A stretch of 64,000 nucleotides of DNA from Armatimonadota bacterium (GTDB lineage: Bacteria; Armatimonadota; Fimbriimonadia; Fimbriimonadales; Fimbriimonadaceae): assembly GCA_031400935.1 (NCBI GenBank), contig JANNQV010000015.1:124001-188000 (forward strand). The letters are read 5' to 3'. The notes below the pieces were generated by a model. It was not told the DNA's origin, ran no database searches, and saw only the letters and a program-made list of their open reading frames with translations. The position numbers and the translations under genes were made by a program. Positions 28,023-37,797 of this stretch are shown in pieces. Numbering within the stretch: position 1 is the first letter of the stretch; the number at the start of each line of letters is the position of its first letter.

Positions 28023-29000
28023 TCAATCCACCGACCTCGGCATTCGCTCCATAAGCATATTGACGGCCTCTAGCGGCGTGACTCGCCCTCTTAGTACCGA
28101 GTCAATCGCTTCAAAAATGGGCATCGCAACTCCATTTTTGCGTGCCAGGACCAATGTGGCCTCAGCCGTTGAGACTCCTTCGGCAACCTGCCCGATTGAA
28201 TGGAGAGCATCGTTTAGCGAAACTCCTTCGCCAACCAATCTGCCTACGCGGTAGTTTCGGCTCAAATTGCTAGAGGCTGTCGCAAACAGGTCGCCGACTC
28301 CTGAAACGCCCAAAAATGTTTCCGAATTTGCTCCCATTGCCTCTCCTAGCCGAGTTAACTCACCAAGTCCGCGTGCGAGCAAAGCACCCTTCGTGTTGTC
28401 TCCAAACCCCAATCCATCGGACATTCCAGCTCCGATAGCGAGCACATTTTTTAGCGAGCCTGCAAGCTCAACGCCAATCAAGTCTTCACTTGCATAGACC
28501 CGATACGTACGGCAGTTAAAAATGTCTCGAACTAGTTCTGCCAAGGCAAAGTTGTTCGAAGCCGCGACAGCAGCCGTTGGAATTCCACGTGCGATTTCCA
28601 GTGCCAAATTCGGTCCGCTAATGGCTGCAATGTTAGAATCAGGAATTGCTTCTTTTACAACGTCAGCAAGCAACATGCTTGTCGCGCTTTCGAGCCCTTT
28701 GGAGGCGATCACAATTCGAGGCGAATCGTGAGGAATTCGCGAGCAAACTGCGCGAACCGCATGGCTTGGAACTGCGATTACCCAAAGGTCGGCTTCAGGA
28801 AGAGTTTCTTCGCCAACGGCAACATGAACATTTTCGGGGAGAACGAATCCTGGAAGATATTGAATGTTTTCCTGGATTGAACCAAGAGAAGCGATGCCTT
28901 CGTCGTCTCGCCCCCAAAGCACGACATCATGCCCATTTCGCGCAAGCAAAATGGCAATCGCAGTTCCCCAGCTACCCGCCCCAAGAACGCATACGTTCAT
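28023..29000 (-). CDS. gpsA: NAD(P)H-dependent glycerol-3-phosphate dehydrogenase
   Basis: GAGSWGTA, SKGLE, SGPNLA, KNVLAI, GVGDL..T..SRNY; likely start MNVCVLG at 29000. Confidence 0.95.
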   Translation of the reverse strand: MNVCVLGAGSWGTAIAILLARNGHDVVLWGRDDEGIASLGSIQENIQYLPGFVLPENVHVAVGEETLPEADLWVIAVPSHAVRAVCSRIPHDSPRIVIASKGLESATSMLLADVVKEAIPDSNIAAISGPNLALEIARGIPTAAVAASNNFALAELVRDIFNCRTYRVYASEDLIGVELAGSLKNVLAIGAGMSDGLGFGDNTKGALLARGLGELTRLGEAMGANSETFLGVSGVGDLFATASSNLSRNYRVGRLVGEGVSLNDALHSIGQVAEGVSTAEATLVLARKNGVAMPIFEAIDSVLRGRVTPLEAVNMLMERMPRSVD

Positions 29001-29094
29001 GGGTTCGATACTACCCGCGCTTTTTTCGGGTGTGCTTCCAAAGTCCACTCAGGGTCCTCAATTTCAGATACAGGTTTTCTGCAAAGTGATGCTT

Positions 29095-29214
29095 TGGAGC
29101 GCGGAGCCACAATCTCCATATTCTTTGAATCAACAAAGAATGAGCTCCGCATCTCGGTCGGCGGAGCCGCTTCAACGTCCTATCTGGAATGACGAAAAAC
29201 TGAGCTCCGCGCTT
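29095..29214. repeat. GCGGAGC...GCTCCGC double stem-loop element
   Basis: tggagcgcggagc...gagctccgc...gcggagc...gagctccgcgct; same core as 1222-1317. Confidence 0.7.
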
Positions 29215-29249
29215 TAGTTGGCACAGTTACAGTTTCCAACAATGCAAAT

Positions 29250-30422
29250 CTACAAATCTTCGATTCGAACCCAGACGCATTTCAGATAAAGGCTCTCTGG
29301 AAATTGAATGAGGTGCGGGTGGTCGGGCGACTGAATCGTAACTTCTTCCAAAAACGCTAGCTTCCCTCGATCCCCTGCCGCAAGTCTTATCGTTTCGATG
29401 GTTTCGTTCAATGAAAGTTGGTACGAACAGTTGCAAACCACCATTCTTCCCCCTTCTTTCAGGTGGTCAATTCCGTGGTAAACCAGCTTCCAAATTGCCC
29501 ATTTGAGAGAAGTTTTTTTGTCTTGATCCTTGGCAATTGCTGGGGGGTCGAGGATCATCCAGTCGAACTTCTCAGTAGATTCAGTTTCGCTCAGCCAGTC
29601 AAATGCATTGGCTTCTATGAAGCTGCAATTTGAACTCAAATTGTTGATTTCGGCATGATGTCTTGCTAGTTCGACAGCGGCAGCGTGAATGTCTACTCCC
29701 GTGACTTTGGCACCTTTCGAAGCGGCATAGACCGAACACGCACCCGTATAGCAAAAGGCATCGAGAACTCGTTCGCCTTTTGCAATCCTCTGTCTCAGGC
29801 GCCGCCTAGTGTCTCGTTGGTCGAGATAAAAGCCGGTTTTCAATCCGTTCCTAACGTCAGCTTCGAACTTGAATCCATCCTCTTCAAATTCGATTATTTC
29901 CGGCAAGGCGCCGAAAAGTTCGCCCACACAATCTTCGAGGCCCTCTTCCTTTCGGCCCGCCATATCGCTCTTTTCGAAGATGTAATCCAGCTCGAAAACC
30001 TCCCGCAAAGGCTCGATCCACTGGGGCTTCAAGAGCTCGATTCCGAGGCTGCGAACCTGAACGATTGCGGTGGAACCATATTGATCCACGATCAGCCCGG
30101 GAATGCCATCGGCTTCTGCGAAGATGATTCGCTTTGCGTCTGTCCCCGTGATCGCCATTCGTCGTTTCAAGCATTTTCGGAACCTAGTTGAGAACCAATC
30201 TGAGTCAATTTTGGTATCTGTCAGGTCGAAAACTTTGAACGGAAATCTGCTTTGGGGGTTGAATGTTCCAATCGCTAAAAAGCTACCATCGGCAGCAACA
30301 AGATGTGCAATCCCGCCGGGTTCACATTCGTCGGCGCGGCCCACTTCTTCGCGCTGCACCCAAGGGTAAGCAGATCGAATTTTCTTCTCGACTCCGCGCT
30401 TTAGATAGACTTTGGGCAACAT
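29250..30422 (-). CDS. rlmI: 23S rRNA m5C1962 methyltransferase RlmI-like
   Basis: PUA-like YPWV, EADGIPGLIVDQY, GLKTGFYLDQR, LDAFCYTG, ILDPPA, YLK. Confidence 0.85.
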   Translation of the reverse strand: MLPKVYLKRGVEKKIRSAYPWVQREEVGRADECEPGGIAHLVAADGSFLAIGTFNPQSRFPFKVFDLTDTKIDSDWFSTRFRKCLKRRMAITGTDAKRIIFAEADGIPGLIVDQYGSTAIVQVRSLGIELLKPQWIEPLREVFELDYIFEKSDMAGRKEEGLEDCVGELFGALPEIIEFEEDGFKFEADVRNGLKTGFYLDQRDTRRRLRQRIAKGERVLDAFCYTGACSVYAASKGAKVTGVDIHAAAVELARHHAEINNLSSNCSFIEANAFDWLSETESTEKFDWMILDPPAIAKDQDKKTSLKWAIWKLVYHGIDHLKEGGRMVVCNCSYQLSLNETIETIRLAAGDRGKLAFLEEVTIQSPDHPHLIQFPESLYLKCVWVRIEDL

Positions 30423-30445
30423 GGATTTAGGAGTACCTTGGGGGT

Positions 30446-30473
30446 GCGCGGTCAAGCCCGCTCACTCCCAAAA
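30446..30473 (-). repeat. Single arm of the REPIN-like family
   Basis: gcgcggtcaagcccgctcactcccaaaa just downstream of the ribH stop. Confidence 0.75.
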
Positions 30474-30477
30474 GAGC

Positions 30478-30936
30478 TTAGAGTTGCCCCAGAACGCTAC
30501 TCATTTCAATAGCCGCAAGTGCCGCTTCTCGGCCTTTGTTTCCAAGCTTCATTCCTGCGCGTTCAAGTGCCTGATCTTGATTCTCTGGAGTCAAAATCCC
30601 CCACGAAATCGGCGTCTTGTGCTCGATTTGCAGGTTCATAATCGCCGCGCCGACATCGTTGGCGAGAACCTGTGCATGAACGGTTGCACCTTGCAAAATG
30701 CAACCCAAAGCCACAATTCCATCCACCCTAGTTTTTCTTGCTAAAAGGCTTGAAATCGTTGGGGGAATTTCCCACGTTCCGGGCACCCAAACGACCTCGA
30801 CATCGGGGTCGCCATGGCGGGCAAATTCATCAATCGCCCCTTCCAGAAGCTGTTTCGTGATGAACTCGTTCCACCGGCTTACGACGATGGCAAATCGCTT
30901 CCCCTTCGCGTCCATAGTTCCTTGAATCGTGCGCAC
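30478..30936 (-). CDS. ribH: 6,7-dimethyl-8-ribityllumazine synthase
   Basis: IVVSRWNEFIT, VPGTWEIP, LGCILQGAT.H, ERAG.KLGNKG.EAA. Confidence 0.95.
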   Translation of the reverse strand: MRTIQGTMDAKGKRFAIVVSRWNEFITKQLLEGAIDEFARHGDPDVEVVWVPGTWEIPPTISSLLARKTRVDGIVALGCILQGATVHAQVLANDVGAAIMNLQIEHKTPISWGILTPENQDQALERAGMKLGNKGREAALAAIEMSSVLGQL

Positions 30937-30996
30937 GATGGTTATTATGGCGGATTTGGGGATTTAGACTAGGTAGCATCCGCTCTGGAATAGGTT

Positions 30997-31067
30997 CCTT
31001 CCCCCGTCAGAGGGGCACATTTTCGCTTACGTTAGGCTTATTTGACGGGGGAAGGCTAGGATGGGGG
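30997..31067. repeat. 13-bp inverted repeat element
   Basis: ccttcccccgtca (30997-31009) / tgacgggggaagg (31043-31055) followed by ctaggatggggg. Confidence 0.65.
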
Positions 31068-31143
31068 CGAACTTCAGCTTGGGTGAAAGCTTTGTAGATT
31101 GAAATAGTTGCATTCAAACCGAAATTGTCGTATTCTATTGATA

Positions 31144-31614
31144 ATGGTCAAGTTCTGGCGATGGGTTGACATCTTTCTGGCTGGCGTTCAGCTGGCTATT
31201 TGGCTAATGTTCACCTGGTATTCGTTCGAAAACAGGTCGTTTGACTTTGAGAAGTTCTTAGCGGTATTGATGGGTAATACAATCGTTCAAGGACTCAGAT
31301 TTCTACCAAAAGCTAGATACAGACTGTGGTTCGAGCATCTGCTGATTCGCTGGCGAGTTGTTGCTATCATTTGGGGTTTTGGTGTTCTTTGGGTATTCAT
31401 CGGTCAGTTAGCAAGACCACTTTTCGTTACCGAAGATCGAGCGATTGCGCCTGCTACGTTCATCGCTTTTTTACTGCTAATTAGCGGGGTGATTTATTTT
31501 GCTGACTATGTTCATGATCGCGCGACCAACTGCCTCCGCACTCCTTTAGAGTGGGAATGGCTCGAAGAGGGGAAATTGAGTTTCTACAGGGGTTGGTTTC
31601 GGGTAAAAGTCTGA
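31144..31614 (+). CDS. Hypothetical membrane protein (4 TM)
   Basis: Hydrophobic segments; ATG 31144 preceded by TATTCT. Confidence 0.55.
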   Translation: MVKFWRWVDIFLAGVQLAIWLMFTWYSFENRSFDFEKFLAVLMGNTIVQGLRFLPKARYRLWFEHLLIRWRVVAIIWGFGVLWVFIGQLARPLFVTEDRAIAPATFIAFLLLISGVIYFADYVHDRATNCLRTPLEWEWLEEGKLSFYRGWFRVKV

Positions 31615-31629
31615 CCTTAAAATTTCCCG

Positions 31630-32619
31630 CTATAGAATCCGCAACCCTAGAGGCCCGTCCACAACTCTCCCAATGCACGGATACCCTTCAATCTCCCCGT
31701 TCGTAAACAGCGCCAAGCCCCCGCTGCTCTGAGGGTCGAAGCAGACCTGGATCAGCCAATTTGGAACCGATGGCTCAATTACGCAAGCCTCAGAGACAAA
31801 TGCCCGGTTCTTTGCTGAGCCGCCGGTCAAAAAGCCATTTGCAACCATTTCTTCGATCCCTGGGAATACAGGAAGAGCCGAAGTGTCAATTTCGATTGAA
31901 ACGTCGCTCGCTCTAGCTACATTGTAAAGGTGCCCGACAAGACCAAAGCCTGTTATATCCGTTGCACATCGGACGCCATGCTTCAATCCAATTTCGCAAG
32001 CTTCTCGGTTAAGCATCATCATCGAGTTAATTGCGATCTGAGCCTGTTCGGGCGAGCACCCTTCAAATTTGATGGCCGTTGAAACGATTCCAGTACCCAA
32101 CGATTTCGTGAGATAGACTCGGTCACCGACTTTTGCATTGGTGTTGGCAAACATGTGGTTAGGGTTCACCATTCCGGTGACCGACATCCCAAACTTCGGC
32201 TCATCGTCTATCACGCTATGCCCGCCAAGAACGAGAGCACCGGCTTCCGTTGTTTTGTCGTACGCTCCTAAAAGCACCTGGGCCCAGACTTCGGCAGGCG
32301 CAGCCTCTGGGTCGAAGCAAGCAATATTGAGCACCGTAAGCGGTTTGCCGCCCATTGCATACACGTCGCTCAGTGCATTCGCAGCGGCAATCGCACCATA
32401 AGCATAGGGGTCATCAACGATAGGCGTAAAGAAATCAACAGTTTGAACGAGTGCCTGATCTTCAGACAGCCTGAAGACTCCCGCGTCGTCGCGATTTTCC
32501 AGACCGACGAGCAGGTTCGGATGCGAGCTTAGCGGCAAATGTCGGAGAACCTCCGACAGCTGGGTCGGGCCCAGTTTGCTCGCTCAGCCAGAGCAGGAAA
32601 CCATTTCAGTTAAACGCAC
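31630..32619 (-). CDS. selD: Selenide, water dikinase, selenocysteine-containing
   Basis: GTG at 32619: MRLTEMVSCSG-U(TGA 32586-32584)-ASKLGP... in frame with the track ORF (DDAGV, VDFFTPIVDDP, NALSDVYAMGG, TDITGFGL.GH). Confidence 0.93.
32560..32574 (-). promoter_or_regulatory. Candidate SECIS hairpin of selD
   Basis: CUGGG-CCCGA-CCCAG beginning 9 nt after the in-frame UGA; a second hairpin UGUCGGAG-GUU-CUCCGACA follows at 32558-32540. Confidence 0.5.
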
Positions 32620-32707
32620 GGGGGTAGTTTACGCTCTTTGGGGATGGGGTGATGGTGTGATGCGGAGTACGGAGTGTGGAGAACGCCAACCGCCAACTGC
32701 TGTACAG

Positions 32708-32753
32708 GCGGAATGAATTCCGTGGACCCGGATGCGGAATGAATTCCGCGCTC
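32708..32753. repeat. REP-like palindromes GCGGAATGAATTCCG (x2)
   Basis: Copies at 32708 and 32734; reverse-complement copy at 53217-53236. Confidence 0.75.
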
Positions 32754-32910
32754 CGCCGACCGCTAACTGCCGACCGCCAACTGCTTGCCAATCCCTGGTA
32801 CACAGGCACAGACTCTAGATTCCAGCAGCACGACATACGTTCTAGCAAAAGCGACGACGGTTCGCATAGAAAGGGAACAAATTCAATAACTTTCTTCGTT
32901 TCTCTGGAAT

Positions 32911-33729
32911 GTGGAAATGATTTTGCCAGGACAATATCACTCCAAATTGATCCGGCGAGTCATCATGCCAGGATTTGAGGTTGCGATTACTGAACGCGAG
33001 CGTGGCTCGAGCGTCCCGATGCACATGCACGCATTGCCGATGATTGGAACGATTCTTGGCGGCAAACTCTCTTTCCCAAGACCCGATGGCACAATCATGC
33101 GCCCATTGCCGGGAGCTTGGTACTACACCGCTGCAAACGTTCCAGAAGAGCACATTGTCTGCCCAACTTCTATTCGCGCCTTGGGAATTGTTTTCAATCC
33201 CGAATCATTGAATTTGACAAACTTGCCAGTAGTGAGCACTTACGTAGATTCGCCGTACACATCGAATATTGCAAGGCACATTGAAGAAGAACTCGACCGC
33301 TCCGATAAAGATTCGCGTCTCGTTCTGTATGGCCTTTGTGTTCAAATAATTGGAGAACTCTTACGAAGCGGAAAGCCGCTTGAAGAGATTTCGCTTCCAA
33401 AATGGTTGGAAGAAGCGAGAGTAATTGTTCACCAACGATTTTTTGAACCCATCTCCCTCCAGCAAGTTGCAAACGAGGTGGGGATTCATCGGGGTCACCT
33501 CAGTAAAGAATTCCAACGAAAGTTCGACATTTCATTTTCCGAATACCTCTTGAACCTTCGTCTGGTGTCCGCACATGAGCGCGTGATTCAATCTGCCGAC
33601 AAGTTCGGAACCATCGCCTCCGAAACGGGTTTTGCAGATCATTCGCATTTTTCGAGACAATTTCAGAGGAAGTTCGGATGTACGCCTACTGAGGCGAGAT
33701 TGCAGCCAGTCCCTTTGAAAGAAAACTAA
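32911..33729 (+). CDS. AraC family transcriptional regulator
   Basis: Cupin HMH; C-terminal HTHs, IASETGFADHSHFSRQFQRKFGCTP. Confidence 0.92.
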   Translation: MEMILPGQYHSKLIRRVIMPGFEVAITERERGSSVPMHMHALPMIGTILGGKLSFPRPDGTIMRPLPGAWYYTAANVPEEHIVCPTSIRALGIVFNPESLNLTNLPVVSTYVDSPYTSNIARHIEEELDRSDKDSRLVLYGLCVQIIGELLRSGKPLEEISLPKWLEEARVIVHQRFFEPISLQQVANEVGIHRGHLSKEFQRKFDISFSEYLLNLRLVSAHERVIQSADKFGTIASETGFADHSHFSRQFQRKFGCTPTEARLQPVPLKEN

Positions 33730-34727
33730 ATCCATCCTCTCCGACGAAAGAACAGGTATTCCAGTAGGCTGACCACCACCATCAAACCAAGAGCAAATGG
33801 ATAGCCCCACTTTTCTCCTAGTTCCGGCATGAACTTGAAATTCATTCCATAGATTCCACTGATTACGGATATTGACATCAGAATTGTGGAGATTACAGCC
33901 AAGAATTTCATAACTTCATTGAGCCGATTTGAAGCAATTGTAAGGTGAGCATCTAGCATGGAACTCAGCATGTCTCGACTCAAATCTATCAAATCGAGGG
34001 TTCGGGCGACTTGCTCGAAAAGGTCATGAAAATACGGCCAAAGTTCGCTAGGAATCAGGTCGTGATTCCGCCTCAAAAGGGAGTTTACGACATCTCTTAC
34101 TGGGGCAATTTTCCTTCGAAGGAGCAAAAGTCTTCGCTTGTGTTCCAATGCTTCTCGAATTTGATCCGTTGTGCCGTCATAGAGCCTATCTTCAATATCA
34201 GACATCTCTTCTTGCATCGCATCGGCGATTGGAAAGTAGCTGTCCACAATGGAATCAAGCAGCCCGTACAAAATTCCCGCCGCAACTTCCTTCTTGGGCA
34301 AAGGCTCCAAAAGCCATTGGCTAAAACGTTTGCGGACAATCGGATCATCGTCAATGGAAATTGAAATGAGCCACCCTTTGGTAAGAAAGATTCCAATTTC
34401 AGAATACTGTTCGGACTCATCAATTCGGGTCACCATGGGGACTTCCACAAAAAGCACATCTTTGTGATCGTGAATGTCTGCTGTTTGAGTTGGATCAAGT
34501 GAGAGCGATACTTCGAGGTCCCGGAGCCCATATTTCTCGATCAAGACTGATTGTGCGGCTGTTGCATCAGTTGCGATAACGTGTATCCAGCCGATATTAG
34601 GTTTTGTCGGCAAATCGGGAAGTTCATATTGGTCGGCAACAGGCGTTGGTAGTCTTCCTGCTTCGCCAAAGCCTGCCAAAACTAAGATAGGAGAGTCCAC
34701 AATGTATGTTGACGACTGAAGCGCCAA
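33726..34727 (-). CDS. corA: CorA family Mg2+/Co2+ transporter
   Basis: NEVMKFL, GIYGMNF..MPEL..WGY. Confidence 0.92.
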   Translation of the reverse strand: MALQSSTYIVDSPILVLAGFGEAGRLPTPVADQYELPDLPTKPNIGWIHVIATDATAAQSVLIEKYGLRDLEVSLSLDPTQTADIHDHKDVLFVEVPMVTRIDESEQYSEIGIFLTKGWLISISIDDDPIVRKRFSQWLLEPLPKKEVAAGILYGLLDSIVDSYFPIADAMQEEMSDIEDRLYDGTTDQIREALEHKRRLLLLRRKIAPVRDVVNSLLRRNHDLIPSELWPYFHDLFEQVARTLDLIDLSRDMLSSMLDAHLTIASNRLNEVMKFLAVISTILMSISVISGIYGMNFKFMPELGEKWGYPFALGLMVVVSLLEYLFFRRRGWI

Positions 34728-34749
34728 CTTTGCAGGTCACAGGACTCAC

Positions 34750-35229
34750 TTAGAACAAGTCTTTTATCGAAACGGACTCTGTTTCGGATAGCGACTCGAA
34801 GATTTCGGAAACGCCTAGCTGAAGGGCGTGAGCTTCGACAAGCAGTTCATTAGTCTGAACAAGAGCATGAACAAGCACCGAAGTACCTTCAGTAAGGTCG
34901 TGCAATCGCACTTGCCAAATTAAATCAAGATCGTCAGTTACAAGGGTTGCGTTTTGGCGGTCGAAAAACAGATTGGACTTCATAGCCCAATCGTCGTTCG
35001 TTTCGCACGAAACACAAGAGTAACCCTTTTGGGAATAAGACCGAATGGCTTGATTTCGCTGTCCTTGATCCGCCACGGCAATTACGGCAATTTTCGGATC
35101 GCCGTTGTCGGTTCCGTTCTTTGTTAATCCGCCAATGGGGGGCACAAATCCAATAAAGTCACGTTTGTGCCCCGTTTTCGTTTCCCTCGGTCCCTCGAGA
35201 CCTTCCCAAGCGTCAGCGCATGCAGTCAT
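34750..35229 (-). CDS. Hypothetical protein resembling a degenerate receiver domain
   Basis: beta/alpha pattern KIAVIAVAD...KGYSC...LVTDD...ALQLGVSEIF; start uncertain. Confidence 0.4.
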   Translation of the reverse strand: MTACADAWEGLEGPRETKTGHKRDFIGFVPPIGGLTKNGTDNGDPKIAVIAVADQGQRNQAIRSYSQKGYSCVSCETNDDWAMKSNLFFDRQNATLVTDDLDLIWQVRLHDLTEGTSVLVHALVQTNELLVEAHALQLGVSEIFESLSETESVSIKDLF

Positions 35230-35295
35230 TTTTGCCCTACATGCATTGTAAAGCAAAATTGCGGGAATTGCAATAGATTCCCCAAAAATTTTCAT

Positions 35296-35325
35296 AAAAA
35301 ATGCCCCGCCGTTGAAAGGCGGGGC
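35296..35325 (-). terminator. Rho-independent terminator downstream of ftsZ
   Basis: GCCCCGCC-tttcaac-GGCGGGGC followed by ATTTTTT on the minus strand. Confidence 0.8.
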
Positions 35326-35382
35326 TAGCGTTGGACCAGTAGCCCTCGATCTGTTGCCGAGGCGCGGAGAGATACAATTCGT

Positions 35383-36498
35383 TTAGCTGCTAGAACGTTG
35401 TCTGCGAAGAAATGTCGGAATGTCTAAGTCAATTTCATCAAGTTGTATTGCTGAAGTCTTCGTTCCGTCGTCGCTTGTTTCTGCTGAAGAATATTGCGAT
35501 GGCGATTGATGGAATATCTCGCTTGAGCGTTCTTGAGGAGGGCGAGCCGGGTCCATCCCAGCTGCAAGCAGGGTCACCATAACTTCGTTGTTGCCCGTGT
35601 CGCGCATTACGTGACCCATGATAATGTCGGCATCATTTGCATCGGTGAACTGAAGGATGTACTCCATCGCATCGTAGGCTTCGCCGATGCTGAAATCGTT
35701 ACCAGCGGTAATGTTGATAAGTAGTCGCTTTGCGCCTTGGATATTGGTTTCGAGAAGCGGTGAATTAGCGGCCTGCTGAGCTGCAATTCTGGCTCGCTGG
35801 TCGCCGACACCCCTTCCAAGTCCCATGATCGCCGCGCCTGCGTCGCTCATCACGCTTCGCACATCGGCAAAGTCAACGTTGATGATTCCTGGCAGAAGGA
35901 TGATGTCGGAAATTCCCTGCACTCCCTGGCGCAAAACGTCGTCAGCGGCTGCAAATGCTTGTTGCATTGTCGTTTTCTTTTCGATAACGCTGAGCAAGCG
36001 GTCGTTGGGGACTGTAATCAAAGTGTCAACATGCTCTCGAAGCCGGGCAGCACCCGATTCCGCAAGTTTCTTGCGGCGAGGGCCCTCAAAAATGAATGGT
36101 TTGGTTACAACGCCAACGGTCAAAATACCTTCGCGCTTTGCCAATTCAGCGATGTATGGTGCAGCGCCAGTGCCAGTTCCGCCGCCCATTCCAGCGGTGA
36201 TAAAGACCATGTCCACACCTTGTAGTTCGGCAAGAATTTGATCTTTGCTTTCCTCTGCGGCTCTTTGCCCTACTTCGGGATCTCCACCAGCACCAAGCCC
36301 TTTTGTTAGGTTGCTGCCTAGTTGAATGCAGGTTGTAGCTTTCGAAAGTTGTAAAGCTTGGGAGTCGGTGTTGAATGCGACAAAATGAACGCCTATAACA
36401 CCTTCGTTGATCATTCGATTCACGGCGTTGCTTCCTGCGCCGCCAACGCCGAAAACTTTGATCGTGGCCTGATTTTCAAACAGATTATCTGGTCGCAT
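35383..36498 (-). CDS. ftsZ: Cell division protein FtsZ
   Basis: [31 protein letters not shown]-terminal [15 protein letters not shown] before ATG 36498. Confidence 0.98.
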   Translation of the reverse strand: MRPDNLFENQATIKVFGVGGAGSNAVNRMINEGVIGVHFVAFNTDSQALQLSKATTCIQLGSNLTKGLGAGGDPEVGQRAAEESKDQILAELQGVDMVFITAGMGGGTGTGAAPYIAELAKREGILTVGVVTKPFIFEGPRRKKLAESGAARLREHVDTLITVPNDRLLSVIEKKTTMQQAFAAADDVLRQGVQGISDIILLPGIINVDFADVRSVMSDAGAAIMGLGRGVGDQRARIAAQQAANSPLLETNIQGAKRLLINITAGNDFSIGEAYDAMEYILQFTDANDADIIMGHVMRDTGNNEVMVTLLAAGMDPARPPQERSSEIFHQSPSQYSSAETSDDGTKTSAIQLDEIDLDIPTFLRRQRSSS

Positions 36499-36735
36499 AC
36501 GAATCCTCTGAATATCCAAGCGACACACATGTATCACTGAATTAGTCCAAGGGACGCGATTCGGATTCAATTAGCTTCAAAAAGTTTTCCACAATTCCGG
36601 ATGCTGTATTGAAATTGCCCTGCTCACTCCCAATGCGTCCTACGATTCGTTTCGGCTTACCTAGCAAACCTGGTAAATTCTGTTCGTACAACGCAATGCA
36701 CTAAATTTTGCGAAACAGGATGGGTAGCAAAAGAT

Positions 36736-37788
36736 ATGCCTTTTTTTATGTATTCACCAATTATTGATGCTGATGCGGTCCTCGACCGCTATGTCAATTT
36801 CATGAAAAAAGCTTCAACGATGTCAGTCTCGATGAAGGTGACAAATTCGCGATTTCTGGGCGAAGGATCGGCAAATGTCACTTTCGCGAAACCGAATCGA
36901 ACGGCTTTCTCATCCTCGTGGAACGGAAGCCACTATTCATTTTTTCAAGACGCTCGCCATGTGATTGAAATTGATCGAAGTGCAAAGAAATATCGCGAAT
37001 GGCCGACATTTCGTACTTTTGTTGCACCCCCAAATGAAGTCACAACTCTGGGGCATTTTACGTTCCCAAGACTTCTCTTGTTAGGCGATTTTCGCTTCAT
37101 TGCCGATAATTTGACAAAGCAACTGTTGCCAGCGCCGCCAGGAGCGCTTTCCCGAACTGTCCTCATAAAGTACGGTACCCAGAGCGGGCCAGCAGACCTT
37201 GAAGTCACGTTTGACGAACTTGGACGGCCTACCAAGACTTCGGAGACAATGATTGTTGAAGGGCGTAAAGTCTCGATCAAAGTCTCGTATTCGAACTGGA
37301 TAACCAATCGGAAGTATCCAGCATCAACTTTTGCAGGAGATTTGGAGCCAGGGTACACATCCCAAGCACTCAATCTTGAAGACATACCCATTCAAGCAAA
37401 TGAGAAATTTGCGTTTCAAAATTGGGTGAAAAGCGGCCGTTCCGGAACGATTCAAAGCGTTCTTTCTACCAAAAAATACATTTTGGTTGCTGTCCGTGGA
37501 GGGTGCGAATACTCTGAACGACTCTTGCGCTTTCTCGAGCAAAATTCGGCGGAAATCCAAATGCAAGGCGCCTCCATTGGTGTCCTGTCACTTGATGGCA
37601 GTACGCCAAAATCAAAGTTTCCAGTGTTTCTGGATCCGAAAAACAAAGGCACCGAAAACCTGCGAATCGCTGGGACACCAACTTTGTTTTCAGTTTCTTC
37701 AGCAGGAATCACAAAACAAGTTTGGTTTCCTGTAATAACAGATCAGTCATCTGTTCTTTTGAAGGAAATTCTAGAGTCTCTCAAATGA
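36736..37788 (+). CDS. Hypothetical protein: LolA-like N-terminus plus thioredoxin-like C-terminus
   Basis: F.KPNR, Y.NW..N..FP (LolA-like); GCEYS and LRIAGTPTLF (Trx-like with cis-Pro). Confidence 0.55.
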   Translation: MPFFMYSPIIDADAVLDRYVNFMKKASTMSVSMKVTNSRFLGEGSANVTFAKPNRTAFSSSWNGSHYSFFQDARHVIEIDRSAKKYREWPTFRTFVAPPNEVTTLGHFTFPRLLLLGDFRFIADNLTKQLLPAPPGALSRTVLIKYGTQSGPADLEVTFDELGRPTKTSETMIVEGRKVSIKVSYSNWITNRKYPASTFAGDLEPGYTSQALNLEDIPIQANEKFAFQNWVKSGRSGTIQSVLSTKKYILVAVRGGCEYSERLLRFLEQNSAEIQMQGASIGVLSLDGSTPKSKFPVFLDPKNKGTENLRIAGTPTLFSVSSAGITKQVWFPVITDQSSVLLKEILESLK

Positions 37789-37797
37789 GCATCTGAA

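Noticed and set aside
30937..31100. FMN riboswitch upstream of ribH (also checked before ribF)
   Set aside because: No RFN consensus seen; both genes look leaderless and this gap holds a repeat element
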